DNA of 64,000 bases. It comes from Octopus sinensis. Its lineage: Eukaryota. This document shows positions 1 to 13,062 of the stretch, in pieces. Within the stretch, counting starts at the first letter, position 1; the number at the start of each line of letters is the position of its first letter. The translations under genes were made by a program, and so were the position numbers. The stretch spans positions 56,420,001 through 56,484,000 of the forward strand of contig NC_043008.1 in NCBI RefSeq assembly GCF_006345805.1. The letters run 5' to 3'. The notes beneath the pieces were generated by a model. That model worked only from the letters and a program-made list of their open reading frames with translations, was not told where the DNA came from and did not search any database.

Positions 1-652
1 TCGACTCCTTGTTTTTGGTAAAAAAATCGGAAATTTTCCATAGATTCTGTATAAAAGTTTCACGACAACAATTATGGGTCAAGTTACCGTATCATCCTGT
101 ACGTACAAATAACACTGTTACAAAATTGTGTGGCTACCTTATTGTAGCCTGCTCTATAGGTGGAATGCTTGGTGATTATAATGGAATTCTAGGTGCTTAT
201 TGTAAAACACCATTTAATAGCAAGCACTACATATCTGTTGATGGGTGCTACACCACCATTACTAAAATGTATGTACAGGATATGCATACATCTTCAAGGT
301 CAATAAACACATGCGTCATACACTCGTTGTTTACATGGCGAGAAACGTGTTTCACAGACAACGCTATTGGCGAACACAGGCAAACGCCACTGTCTGAATC
401 CGTACAAAGGCATGACTTTGGTAAGCCTAAAAAACATTCAATTAATCGCTAGATCCTATGGTTCCCATGCGACCTTATATTTTCCTCATCTCCAAATACA
501 ATAAACATATGCGTCATACACTCGTCTGTTTACATGGTAAGAAGTGTGTTTCGCAGACACCACTATCGGCAAACAACAGCAAGCACCACTCTGTGAATTC
601 GTACAGAGTCATGACTTTGGTAAGCCTAAAAACATTTAGTTAATCGGTAGAT

Positions 653-770
653 CAGTGGTTCCTAAATTTTTTTACTGCGGAATACTTAGACATTATTTTT
701 AAAAATGTGGAAACATTGATAACTTCCAGGGTACCCTGGCGTTTTGCAGAACACACTTTAGGAATCCCTG
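653..770. mobile_element. hAT (Charlie-like) MITE
   Basis: TIRs CAGTGGTTCCTAAA / TTTAGGAATCCCTG. Degenerate 8-bp flanks cggtagat / ctccagat. Confidence 0.65.
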
Positions 771-1011
771 CTCCAGATTAACAACTCTTCACCATATTAT
801 GGACATTTACTGGTAACGGCACATGACATTCTGCAACTTTTTTGTTTTCATTTTTGTTGGGGGACAACATATACACAGAACCCGACACATTGTTTACCTT
901 ATAAGCATCGTGTGACGAATGCATTCCACGAAATGTAAAATGATCGTGAGCGTGAATACGATAGCACCTGGGCCGAAATGCATTAACGTATATTATTACT
1001 GTAAGTTTCAT

Positions 1012-1299
1012 TGTTTGTTCCTTCTCGAGCCACGCCTGGCTCATAAGGGCCGGTTTCCCGGTTTCCTTGGCGTACAGGTACCCCACCTAGACGGGACGCC
1101 GGTCCGTCGCAGTTGAGCTGCAAGATGCAGGAGGAAAGAGTTTGAGAAAGTTGTGGCGAAAGAGTCAGTAGAAGTTCGCCACTACCCTCTGTCGGAGCCG
1201 CGTGGAGGTTAGGTGTTCCGCTCACAAACACACAAATCGCCCGGTCTGAGATTCGAACCCGCAAACCCGCTGCTCTAACAACTAGGCCATGTGTAAGAA
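1012..1299 (-). mobile_element. tRNA-headed SINE, family C, with target-site duplication
   Basis: Reverse complement of the 13063-13380 copy. Perfect 14-bp TSD actgtaagtttcat at 998-1011 and 1300-1313. Confidence 0.9.
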
Positions 1300-1742
1300 A
1301 CTGTAAGTTTCATACTGATCTATCTTATATTACAGCGCTTGTTTCATAGCATAACATAATTTGTACCGATATTCCTTCTGCTTTAATGCAGGACTCGATT
1401 TGATATGCAGCTTTTGACGATTCCTCCCAGCTACAATGAACTATGGGACTATATGGGAGTCAAACAGATAACTTTTATCACGGAAAAATAGCTTAAAATG
1501 TTATGGCAATTTAAATATTAAAAAAGCACGGGAGAAAACAGAGGGCCATGAAAGAATTTGGCGTGAAAATTTATATATATCATGTCAGAGTCGGGATTTT
1601 AAAAAATCAGATCAGAGTCAGGTTATAATGGCTCTTTGCAGCTCAGTTGACTTCTGTTTCCATATAGCACACGTGGAGTACAGTCGTGTACTTGAAGGTT
1701 TAAAATTTCTCCGTCATTTTACGTAAAAATTTCCCCCAGAAA

Positions 1743-2700
1743 AAAACCCCTACAATTATATAGCAGCGTTTAAACTAAAAGTAATTGAAGTTGCTGAGGA
1801 GACAAGTAAGTGTGTAGCAGCAAGAGAATTTTGTGTTTCAGAGAAACTTGTGAGAGACTGGAGAAAGATATCAAACAATGCTAAAAAAAAAAAAGATGTG
1901 CGAACAGGAAAAACCTAGCAAGTCGCCATAATTGGAGAAAACAGTTGCAGGGTGGGTACTTGAAAATCGTCAAAGTGAAAAGTGTGTTACCTGTGAAGCC
2001 ATCCGAATTCGTGCACGAAAGGAATCAAAGAAGGATGGAATTTCAGAGTTAAACAAGTGCTGGATGGTGCAGTAAGTTCATGAGACGTTATGACTTAGCA
2101 CTTCGTCTGAGAACTAAAATCGGACAAAAGCTGCCTGCTGATCTAGATGATATTATAATAGAGATTCATCGGTTTGTAATCAGAGATCAGCAGAAAATGG
2201 GGTATGCTTTATCATGTATTGGGAACATGGACGAAACACCTGATACTCTTGACAAAGGGTCGAACAGTGAATCAAAAAAGAGAAAAAAAAACCAACAGTA
2301 TTCATGAGAACTACTGGCCAAGAGAAAATTAAGGTTACTTTAGTTCTTTCATATATGGTTGATGATACTAAATTAAAACCGATGGTTGCTTTTAAGAGAA
2401 AAAAACTGTGCAAAGGAGAAACTTCCAAAAGGAATTGTTATCCATGTGAATCCACAAGGATCTATAGGTGGATGTAGAAAATGGATTAAGGAAGTTAGAA
2501 ATTTATGACCTGGTAGACTACGAAAGGAAAAGAATTTGCTAGTGTGGAATCAGTTTAGGGGACATCTAGTGAAGAATGTTGTTGATAGCCTCCAGTCACA
2601 AAATACTGATATAGCTGTAATTCCCGGCGGATTTACAAGAGTTTTACAACCATCAGACGTTAGTAACAATAAGCCATTTAAGAACTTGATTAGAACCTTA
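1743..2700 (+). mobile_element. Decayed pogo/Tigger-type (Tc1/mariner superfamily) transposase
   Basis: HTH YIAAFKLKVIEVAEE...AAREFCVSEKLVRDWRK, CENP-B-like GWCSKFMRRYDLALR, and DDE segments IGNMDETP, LLVWNQFRGH, LQPSDVSNNKPFK. Broken by stops and frameshifts. Confidence 0.9.
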
Positions 2701-2975
2701 TTGCCTTATAAACCTTTAATATACTTGGTAGTATGTTATGATATACGCACACACATACACTCATATATATGATAGGTAAACACCTTGAAACTCGAGTCCG
2801 TGTGTATCATAAGTTGAAGACGGGAAGGATGACTTCCCTTCACAAATACTGATAGGACACAGATAGTGTGTCTATAGCCAGCTGGAGGAGATATCTTCCT
2901 GGGGCTACAAACTACAGTAGCATCCACCCTTAGGGGTTAGCCATATTCAAATGGCAAATATGCGTCACTATATAT

Positions 2976-3099
<124 letters not shown>

Positions 3100-3118
3100 C
3101 ACATATATATATATCTAG

Positions 3119-3375
3119 GTGGAGGCGCGTGGCTTAGTGGTTAGGGTGTCAACATCATGATCGTAAGATTGGGGTTTCGATTCCTGGACCGGGCGACGCG
3201 TTATGTTCTTGAGCAAAACACTTCATTTCACGTTGCTCCAGTCCACTCAGCTAACAAAATTGAGTAACGCTACGATGGACTGGCGTCCCGTCCAGCTGGG
3301 GAACGCATACGCTATTGAAACCGGGAAACCGAGCCCATGAGCCTGGCTAGGCTTTAAAAAAGGGCGCATTTATAT
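3119..3375 (+). mobile_element. tRNA-headed SINE, family B
   Basis: A-box-like tggcttagtgg and B-box-like gtttcgattcc, followed by ttcttgagcaaaacacttcatttcacgttgctccag. Homologous copies at about 25761-26000 (+) and 33113-33290 (+). More diverged copies at about 29010-29350 (+), 42660-42730 (+) and 59430-59690 (-). Confidence 0.85.
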
Positions 3376-4214
3376 ATATACACACACACACACACACACT
3401 CACACACATACACACACACACACACACACTCATATATAAATATACATACGAGAGGCTTCTTTTAGTTTCCGTCTACGAAATCTACAGACACGGCTCTGAT
3501 CGTTTTCATTTCTATTTAGAGCATTTAGTTGATTTTCTTTTGTGAGTGTTAATCTGAAACGTATATGTTTTCCTCACCTTAACTTTCACTTGTGTGTGTT
3601 GTACTTTGTCTAGTTCATTAATTTTAGAATATTCGTGTAGATGTCCTTGAGCTTATCTCTATTTATTTATCTAATATGCTATAATATGTTATCTAATATG
3701 TTATTTATTTATTTAATATATTATAAGTGCTTTTATTCATTTTCCCCTCTTTAAGTGTGCCTTGACGCATTTTTCTTTCCCACCATCATTTTATATTAAT
3801 TTCCTTCCTGAGTTCGTGTACACCAGATGTAATGGGGTTTCCTGTGTCTTTCAGCTGAGGTGTAAAATTTTACGACATGCATATGGAAGAGATAGTTGAA
3901 AGTCATCTCACAGCATTTGTAGTCAATCCCAGACTGGTTTAAAATATCGGTAAAAGCTTGTTTAGCCAAAAAAGAAAGGGAGTAGGGTAAAGGATATCTT
4001 TTTTGAATATTCCTTTATTAAAAGGGATTATCGCCACAATGTCTAGTCTTTGTTGCAGTGCGGTACCTTGTGTACCTCAATACCTCTGAGGGCTATGCTT
4101 GTGGAGTGCAAGCGTCTACGAGAGCCTCACTTGTGGACAGGTCAGAGGATAAGGGCCAGTCTAAGGGTAAAAATGGATTTCTGTAGAGCCACCACCCCTA
4201 TCAATGGCAATTAA

Positions 4215-4510
4215 AATCTAACAAGACTTGGGAGAGGAAAGTCCTTTATTCAGAGAAACATATGACGCTGTACAGCAAAATCCGAAAGGACACCAACCCC
4301 CTGCATTCACGTCAGGCTCTGGCCAGGAAAATACTATGGAAGTGGAAGAGAGGACGCGGTAAAATAGCTGGAAACAAAATATTGAGGCAGATCTGAATAA
4401 GGGATCCAACTAGAAAGAAGCAGAAAGGGCAGTGGAAAATCAAGGACAATGAAGAAAATTCCTCGATGGCCAATGCCCCATAGGGAATGAAGAGCTTGCA
4501 TAGTAAGAAT
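4215..4510 (+). mobile_element. RTE-clade LINE 3' end remnant
   Basis: Degenerate QAL...KWKRGR...W...EAD segment ending in tgccccatagggaatgaagag, which resembles RTE C-terminal and 3' ends. Confidence 0.6.
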
Positions 4511-5423
4511 AGTAATCAGGAGCAGTTACTTATTTAATATTCATTAATTCGTATTTGCAAATATATATTTTTTCAATAACTAATGGCACTTTTGTTGTGC
4601 TCGAATCTTATTGATGCTAATGTCTGATGTTCCGAGAAATAACAGCCGGGATAAACTGTTAAAAATATTCTGGTAATAACTTTATTGCTTAGGACAAATT
4701 TTTAGGCCACATTTTCCCTCGCTCCAAAACCTTCAGTTATGCTCTGTTGATTAATATCTCCTAATAACTTTTGTTCCTCAGAAAGTATATTTTTCATTTT
4801 AGAGTTGAGCATGTATTTATTTTTTGCAATTAAATTACTGCTTAGTATTTCAGACTTACAGATGTATAAACAGGATCCGAATGTTTTTAGCATCCTGCTT
4901 GGTCATCATCAATATTAAGATGTTTCTTCTTTGCGTTAGTGAACCTTTAGCAGACTTACCTTCATCATTTCGTAGAGCATTTTCCTAAATTTCTACATAT
5001 GTAACTGTTTATGTGGGCCCCCGAAAGTTGGTACTTTGCAATTTCCGTTCTTTTTCCGGTTTCACATATATTGTAGGCGTCATGTTTATGTTTTTTCTTC
5101 TATGATTGTTAAAGTATTGCCCTTATATTTATTCAATATACTCACCTATGACAGACCATCTGCTTTCGTTTCACCCACGTTTCCACGAAATCTTCCACTT
5201 CACGTATCATCTTTAAAAGACTTTACTTCCTATAAAGAAAAAGTAACATGCTCCACTTTACTTTTTTCATACAAAACTTCTCTTTTATACAAAATGCCTG
5301 TTTTGTATAAAAACGAATGTTCTGTATATTATTTAACTCTTGATATTTCATATGAGAAGTTTTCAGGAAAATCCCACGTCGATTTGTCCATAGTTCGGCT
5401 ACAACGTAACTTGACAAATTTCT

Positions 5424-5498
<75 letters not shown>

Positions 5499-5502
<4 letters not shown>

Positions 5503-5712
5503 AGAAAATGGAAAAAACAACAATGGGAGACTGGTGGATTACGCTGGCATGTCTAATTAAATAGGTAACAAAAAATTAAGAAGCAGAGATGAGGGTGGCA
5601 CCACATAATGCCACCCTCATCACTACTTCTTACTTTTTTGTTACCAATTTAATTGAAGACATGCCAGCGTAATCCACCAGTTTCCCATTGTTGTTTTATC
5701 CATTTTCTTCTC
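5499..5712. repeat. Foldback palindrome (about 100-bp arms, 8-nt loop at 5601-5608)
   Basis: gagaagaaaatgg...gatgagggtggca-ccacataa-tgccaccctcatc...ccattttcttctc. Directly follows (TA)n. Confidence 0.9.
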
Positions 5713-5858
5713 TTATATAACCTAAACTCCGGTTTACCAACCGAACCACTTGCTACCGTACAATCTTACAAAAGACTGTACCTACCCAGCTAATAGCCAG
5801 GAGCGACTTTGGATTAAATTATCCCTTAGAGGTAATTAAACTCCTCTAACTTGATATG

Positions 5859-5928
<70 letters not shown>

Positions 5929-6043
5929 GTGTGTGTACAATTTAAAAATAGGATAAAATCTCTGTAAGAAATTATCAAGTAGTTAGCGTGAAAAACCTTA
6001 TAAGGAAAAAATTGATCAATTATTCCCTTTAAATATATTTGTT

Positions 6044-6270
6044 TATATTAAGGGCTTTACTATACATAACTGCCTCACGCTAGGATGGACTATTAAAGTC
6101 AAAACTACCATAATAACCACATTGTACCAAACGCGAGGGAATGCAACTCTCGAAGCGAACTTTTTAAAACCAGATTCAGCTGCAGATCATATGGTTTCAT
6201 TTATGGTAGTTTTGACTTTAAGAGTCCCACCTAGCGTAAGGCATTTATGTATAGAAATGCCCTTAATATA
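6044..6270. repeat. Foldback inverted repeat (about 78-bp arms, about 68-bp spacer)
   Basis: tatattaagggc...aaagtcaaaactaccataa versus ttatggtagttttgacttt...gcccttaatata. Confidence 0.85.
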
Positions 6271-6370
6271 TATATATATTACACAGCTTTATTTTCAGAT
6301 TGCTAGTGTTAACTATACTCGCAAATAAGATACAGACTGGAGTTGTAGTGCTCCAAGTGAGCTGTATTTC

Positions 6371-6918
6371 ACTTCAGTTTCAATGGAGGCAATGCAAGCG
6401 GAAACTAGATGAACATAATTAAAACCCACACTCGAAAATCAAATACATTCATATATTCTTCCATAAACGGATATATAAATTCTAAATATATAAATATAAA
6501 AATTTGTTATATACAAACCACAGTGAATTTACATTTAAAAGTTATAATACGTTAGTGTAATTAAAAATTTGGGATGATAAAACATTAAAAGGACGTGCTA
6601 AAATCCCCAGAAAATAATACAAAAATTAAAAAATTTAAGATCACAGATGGCTGGTATGTAATTGTATAATAGTATTTCTGTATTTATTTTTGTATATTGT
6701 GTGTGAAACATCCTGATAAAGGGAGTGTCAGTTTTGAAAATATGAAATATATCATATTATTTGGCGCGTCTCTGAAACGGCCCGTAGATGGAACTTCAAA
6801 TTCATGTGTCCGTTTTGTAAGTATGGAAGAATATATGTATGTATTTGATTTTCGAGTGTGGATCTTAATTATGTTCCTCTAGTTTCCACTTGCATTGCCT
6901 CCATTGAAATTAAGAAGT
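6371..6918. repeat. Inverted repeat (about 97-bp arms at 6371-6468 and 6820-6918) enclosing a hammerhead-like motif
   Basis: ttcaatggaggcaatgcaag...ttccat versus atggaa...cttgcattgcctccattgaa. Confidence 0.85.
6709..6790 (+). ncRNA. Type-I hammerhead ribozyme motif, core G8>A (probably inactive)
   Basis: Stem I CATC/GATG. Core CTGATAA. Long stem II AGGGA-GTGTCA...TGGCGC-(G)-TCTCT. GAAAC. Near-palindromic stem III ACGG-C-CCGT. Cleavage triplet GTA. Confidence 0.7.
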
Positions 6919-6931
6919 GGTATATATTATA

Positions 6932-7040
<109 letters not shown>

Positions 7041-7212
7041 GTATGTATGTATATATACATACATATATATACATATATATAGGTATATTATATATATATA
7101 TATATATATTGGTAAAAACGGTAAGATAACAAAAGAAAGAAAGAGACCTCAATATTATGTAAATGGAGGAAATTTATCTATAAAATAATATGTTACAATT
7201 ACTCAATAGTCA

Positions 7213-7275
7213 AGATAAAACTCTGAGTTTCAGATGCCGAAGTGGAAATCCACAACACCATCTCTTCGGTTATCT
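7213..7275 (-). ncRNA. Hammerhead-like motif, left arm copy (U4>C and one extra U)
   Basis: Minus strand reads AGATAA-CCGAAGA-GATG...CATC-T-GAAAC-TCAGA-GTT-TTATCT. Confidence 0.6.
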
Positions 7276-8966
7276 GGCCATCTGAAAAACGCTATGAAAA
7301 AATACCGTTATATAAAGGGAAATTACTGTGTTATAATTCTGCTACTTATATAAATTAAGATTAAAAGTTCATAGTAAACACGTAAACATAGCTAGTCATA
7401 CGCTCACATGTGCGCTCGCGGACCCACGTGCGTACTTATGCATCACTATGAAAACGTACACATCTTCCCTCGCATTTTCGCCAAATGTATACGCATATAT
7501 ATATATACAAACTCACACACACGCGCGTACCGTAAACGTTCATACATACGTCTATATACGCACAAGCACAAGAAAAAACATGGTTAAAGGTAACAGAAAA
7601 AACACAAGGAAGTATACAAAGCATAAAAACCACGTTCATATACGGACATGCCCTTATGTACTCATACACACGCACGCCCATATATGTACATACCCGCACA
7701 TGTTTATATACGCATAAACAAAAAATGAATATACATATGCCCCAAAAAACCTTAAAAAATACCAATTAAAAACGTCTATATATATATATGCATTCTTATG
7801 CCCGCACACACGCACACATCTAAAACTGCCCACTCATACATATTCACACACGTGTACAAATGAATCTATATACACGTTTATATAGGCACAGGAAAGAAAT
7901 GCAGAATGGAAGAGTACAAAAAAATTATTATGTGTGAAAATATAAAAATATATGAAATAATAAAAGATATAATGAGATAAAAAACGTTTTTGGACATAAT
8001 ATAAAAAGCAAGTTTTTGTTACGTTTTTGGTCCCCTAAAGAAAACAGATAGAACTTGCTTCCTATATTATGTCCAAAGAAGTTTTTTTATCTCATTATAC
8101 CTTTTATTATTTCATATATTTTTATATTTTCACACATAATAATTTTTTTGTACTCCTCCATTCTGCATTTCTTTCCTGTGCCTATATAGACGTGTATAGA
8201 GATTCATTTGTACACGTGTGTGAATATGTATGAATGGGCAGTTCTAGATGTGTGCGTGTGTGCGGGCATAAGAATGCATATATATATATAGACGTTTTTA
8301 CTTGGTATTTTTACAATTTTTTAGGATTTTGGGTCATATGTATATTCATTTTTTGTGTATGCGTGTGTGTGTATGCATATATAAACATGTGCGGGTATGT
8401 AGATATATGGGCGTGTGTGTGTATGAGTGCATAAGGCCATGTCCGTATATGAACGTGGTTTTTATGCTTTGTATACTTCCTTATGTTTTTTTCTGTTACC
8501 TTTAACCATGTTTTTCTTATGCTTGTGCGTATATAGACGTATGTATGAACTTTTACGGTACGCGTGTGTGTGTGTGTATGAGTGCATAAGGCCATGTCCG
8601 TATATGAACGTGGTTTTTATGCTTTGTATACTTCCTTATGTTTTTTTCTGTTACCTTTAACCATGTTTTTCTTATGCTTGTGCGTATATAGACGTATGTA
8701 TGAACTTTTACGGTACGCGTGTGTGTGTATGAGTTTGTATATATATGCTTATACATTTGGCGAAAAATGCGAGTGAAGATGTGTACGTTTTCATAGTGAC
8801 GTATAAATACGCACGTAAGTCCGCGAGCGCACATGTGAACGTATGACTAGCTATGTTTACGTGTTTACTATGAACTTTTAATCTTAATGTATATAAGTAG
8901 CAGAATTATAACACAGTAATTTCCCTTTATATAACGGTATTTTTTCACAGCGTTTTTCAGATGGCC

Positions 8967-9028
8967 AGATAACTGAAGAGATGGTGTGTGGATTTCCACT
9001 TCGGCATCTGAAACTCAGAGTTTTATCT
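8967..9028 (+). ncRNA. Type-I hammerhead motif, right arm copy (canonical core, one extra U before GAAA)
   Basis: AGATAA-CTGAAGA-GATG...CATC-T-GAAAC-TCAGA-GTT-TTATCT. Stem I is 6 bp. Stem III is near-palindromic ACTC-A-GAGT. Confidence 0.7.
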
Positions 9029-9050
9029 TGACTATTGAGTAATTGTAACA

Positions 9051-9129
<79 letters not shown>

Positions 9130-12100
9130 TATATATATATAATATGCAGTGTTGGCCAAAAGTATCTGACGATAAATGAAAACCAGTCAATTCCAGGGTT
9201 TATTTATGTTTAATGACTGAATGAATTCAATAAAGGTATCTAAATATGAATCATCATGAAAGATGTTCAAACTGAGATCCTTCTTGAGCGACACATTTAT
9301 CCATTCGAGTCAATACAGAATTACAGATAGTATTTATAGGCTTTTGATTTATTGTCGGGTGACTTTTGCCAACTCTGTATATATGATAAATGTATGTATG
9401 TATGTATGTATGTATGTATGTATGTATTTATGTATATATGTATGTATGTATGTATTTATGTATGTAAATGTGTGTGTGTGAGTTTGTGTGTGTTTGTCTA
9501 TCACTACCGCTTGGCAAGCAGTGTTGGTTTATTTATGTCCCCGTGAGTTAGCGGTTCGGCATGAAGGAAACCAATAAAATAGGTCCAGGCTTAAGGAAAT
9601 ACGTACTGGGATCGATTTGTGTCACTAATCCCTTCAAAGCAGTGTCCCAGTATGGCTGCAATCCTATGACCTGAAACAAATGAACGATAAGAGATTATAG
9701 CAACGATAATGGTGTATTTTGACGAGACAATACTTTTACCGCATTGGACACCCTTTACTGATCAAGTACCCATCTCATTTTATAGCAGAGTATAAATGAC
9801 GCCACCGACTGTTCAATTAACCAACTTTTTACATCAGATTATTACCAACACAATAACGTATGCACGAACGGAAAAAAGAACCTGTACTTCAAAGGTGGGA
9901 ACAATTTTACACTCAGTCGAATTTTCACTGCTTTCAATTTCGAAAACACGTTGCTAAAAGCTCTTATTAAAAAAGTAAATGAGATAACAGACAAAGACAA
10001 AATAACTAAATAGAGGGTGGGAGAGAGAGAGAGGGAGAGATTTTCGAACAGAGTGTGACAGGCAAAGTCGACCTCGGCGGAATTTGAGCTCAGAACGTAG
10101 CGTCACACGAAATACGGCTACGCATTTCGCCCGGCGTGCTAACGTTTCTGCCAGCTCGCCGCCTTAGACCGGCTTTTGCTACCGTTTTGTGATTAAGACG
10201 GCATTTACCAATAGTATACTGACCAGAGATTACTTGTAATCAATCACACTTGTTATCATAGCGTTCCGAACTTGACCATCCCATATTATTTTTAGACATT
10301 ATATAACATTTACACTATTCAGTTGTTTTTGTATTTTCAATGTAACAACATATTGAAGAAAACAAACAAAAGAAAAAAACAGATAATAATTTGCATAAAT
10401 TACAGTTTAAAAAAAAATTAGAGCACCCCCTAAGCACCCTGTTTCCAATTATATAGCACAGCCAGCTCGTACCACCCCTCATAAAATTAGGGCGAAATGT
10501 ATTGACCTTTTAAACTTAGTTGTTTTGTTTTGTTTTTATAGATATAATCTGACCTTGACAGAAAATAATGAAATGTAATAACAAAAGAAAAAAGACGATG
10601 ATGATGATGATGATGTTGATGATGATAAGAAAAAGGGTGTTGATAATAAGGATTATGTTGATGATGATGATGATGATGATGGTGGTGGCAATGATTTTTG
10701 ATTTAAGCACAAGGCCAACAGTTTTGAAGGGAAGTGGGTTTGTCGATTACATCGACCTTAGTACTTGACTCATACTTTATTTCATCGGCTCTGGAGGGAT
10801 TAAAAGCAAGGCTTAGCACGTACGGATTCGAATTCAGAACGCAAAAAAGACGGAACTATTACTGCAGAGCAGTTTGTTCGACGCTCTAACAATTCTGCCA
10901 ATCTATCACTCCGATGACGACGACGACGACGACGATGATGATGATGATCATCATCATCATGATGATAACAATCTCAATAATGATTTTGGTTTCAAATTTG
11001 GGCACAAGACCAGCAGTTTCGTGGGGAGGGTAAGTTGAGTACACTGACCCCATTGCTCAACTGCTACTTATTTTATAGACCTCGAAAAGATGAAAAGTAA
11101 ACTGTATCCCGGCAGTATTCGAACTTAGAACTCAAAGACGGACGAAATGCCGCTAAGCATATTTCTCCGGCACGGTAGCGATTCTGCAAACTCGCCTTCT
11201 ATAAACAATAATAATCCTTTCTATAGAAGGTACAATACTTGACATTTGATTACATCAACCCTAGTGTTTCACTGGTACTTATTTTATCGACCCCAGAAGG
11301 ATGAAAGGCAAAGTCGACCCCGGTGGAATTTGAACTCAGAACGTAGTGACGGACGAAATACTGCGAAGCATTTCCTCCGGCGACATGATAATGATTCTGC
11401 CAGCTCGCCTTCTATAAACAATAATAATGATAACATTAGTAGTAGTTGTAGTAGCAGCAGCAATAGTAGTAGCAGTAATGCTTTCTGAATTTGACTTCAA
11501 CAAATCTGATGGGAGGGTTTAATAGATTCCATTGACTCCTATACTTGACTAGTATTTTTATTTTATCGACCCCAGAGGGATGAATGGCAAAGTTAACTTT
11601 GATAGGGTTTGAACGGTAGGAATAATGAGTTGGAAAAAATACTGCGATGCTTTTCTTCCGATGCTCCAACGATTCTTCCAGCCTGCTGTCTTCAGTAGTT
11701 TCTGATTTACGTACAGAGCCAATGGTTTTGAGATGAATCGGTTTGTCATTTTTATCGAATCCGGCAATAGAGTGGTATAAGGCGGCGAGCTGGCAGAAAC
11801 GTTAGCACGCTAGGCGAGATGCTTTGCGGTATTTTGTCTGCTGTTACGTTCTGAGTTCGAATTCCGCCGAGGTCGACTTTGCCTTTCATCCTTTCGGGTC
11901 GATTATATAAGTACCAGTTACGCACTGGAGTCGATATAATCAACTTAATCTGTTTGTCTGTCCTTGTTTGCCCTCAGTGTTTAGCTCCTTGTAGGTAGTA
12001 AGGAAATTGGTAATAGAGTGGTATTTTATCTTATCAACCCCAGAGGGATGAAAGGCGAAGTTGACATCTGTGGGATTTGAACTTAGAATATTAAAAAAAA

Positions 12101-12475
12101 CAGAAAAATACTGCACAACATTTTATTCGATGCGCAACGATTCTGCCAGTTCACCGACCTTAATAGTTTTTAATTCAAGCACAGGCCACCAATTTTGCAA
12201 GAAAGTGGGATTAAACGATTATATAAACCCAAGGACGGGATTGGTACTATTATTGACCCCGGTAGGATTTGAACTCAGAGCAAACAAGAAACTATGAGCA
12301 ATTTCACTAAAGACATTAACATGTAGATTACAGTAGATAACAATATAAAACAATGGTTTTATATACTAAGTAAAAGATCCTGTTGTTGTCTCTGTTCACT
12401 GCGCTGCTTGGGGCTTTGTGTACCCAAGTCAGTTGGTAGCATCTTGACTGTATAAATTTTTGTTATATAATGTAA

Positions 12476-12865
12476 CTAGCAGTATCGCCCGGCGTTGCTC
12501 GGGTTTGTTTCGACCCTTTAGAATTGGAATTTTTTAAAAGTAAAAATTCTGCATTAATTAGCTTGTTATTCTTTTTAAGTGAACATTTTTCTGGTTGAAA
12601 TACACCGAAAAATGACGACACAACAGTCAAAAAATCTTTTTAAAATAGGGATTTTCATAGAAAAGAAGCACCTTTTTGATGCAAATAATTTTTGGTGTTA
12701 ACGTGGTCCGATTTGAATTTTTTCTTCTACGGAAGGAAGAGCAAGCCTTCTGTCATACTCTCTATTTTGGTCAACTTGCGCCGCAGTGTTTCAGAGGAGA
12801 TAGTGTTAGTTGAAGGCTACCAAACCTGCCATACACAGACAACTTCAGCTTTATGTATATATAGA
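12476..12865 (-). mobile_element. Non-autonomous Helitron
   Basis: Minus strand starts A|TC and ends CTAG|T, with the subterminal GC hairpin cccgagcaacgccggg. Homologue at 26371-26786. Confidence 0.8.
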
Positions 12866-13062
12866 TATACACCCAGACACACAAAGATGGTGTGCTGGAG
12901 CAACTGTAGTTTAGTAAACTAAATTTAATAAATATTTTCTGTACATCAACAGCAGGAAAAAATGCGATTTCGAAGGTGACTGGCAGGAATTGAACCCGGT
13001 CACTAATCAATGAAGTTAATGACTGCTCAACGGATTATTACCTGTGCTACTCTTTCAGACCG

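Larger units (their letters stand above)
7185..9058. mobile_element. About 1.9-kb palindrome of head-to-head PLE pseudo-LTR-like arms (centre about 8030); 155-bp tandem duplication in the right arm
   Basis: 7185-8015 is the near-exact reverse complement of 8045-9058. 8427 and 8582 begin identical 155-bp units. Each arm has a hammerhead motif near its outer end. Confidence 0.9.

Noticed and set aside
9-452. 147-aa ORF at the window start
   Set aside because: It begins at TTG, has no recognisable domain and runs through a direct-repeat unit.
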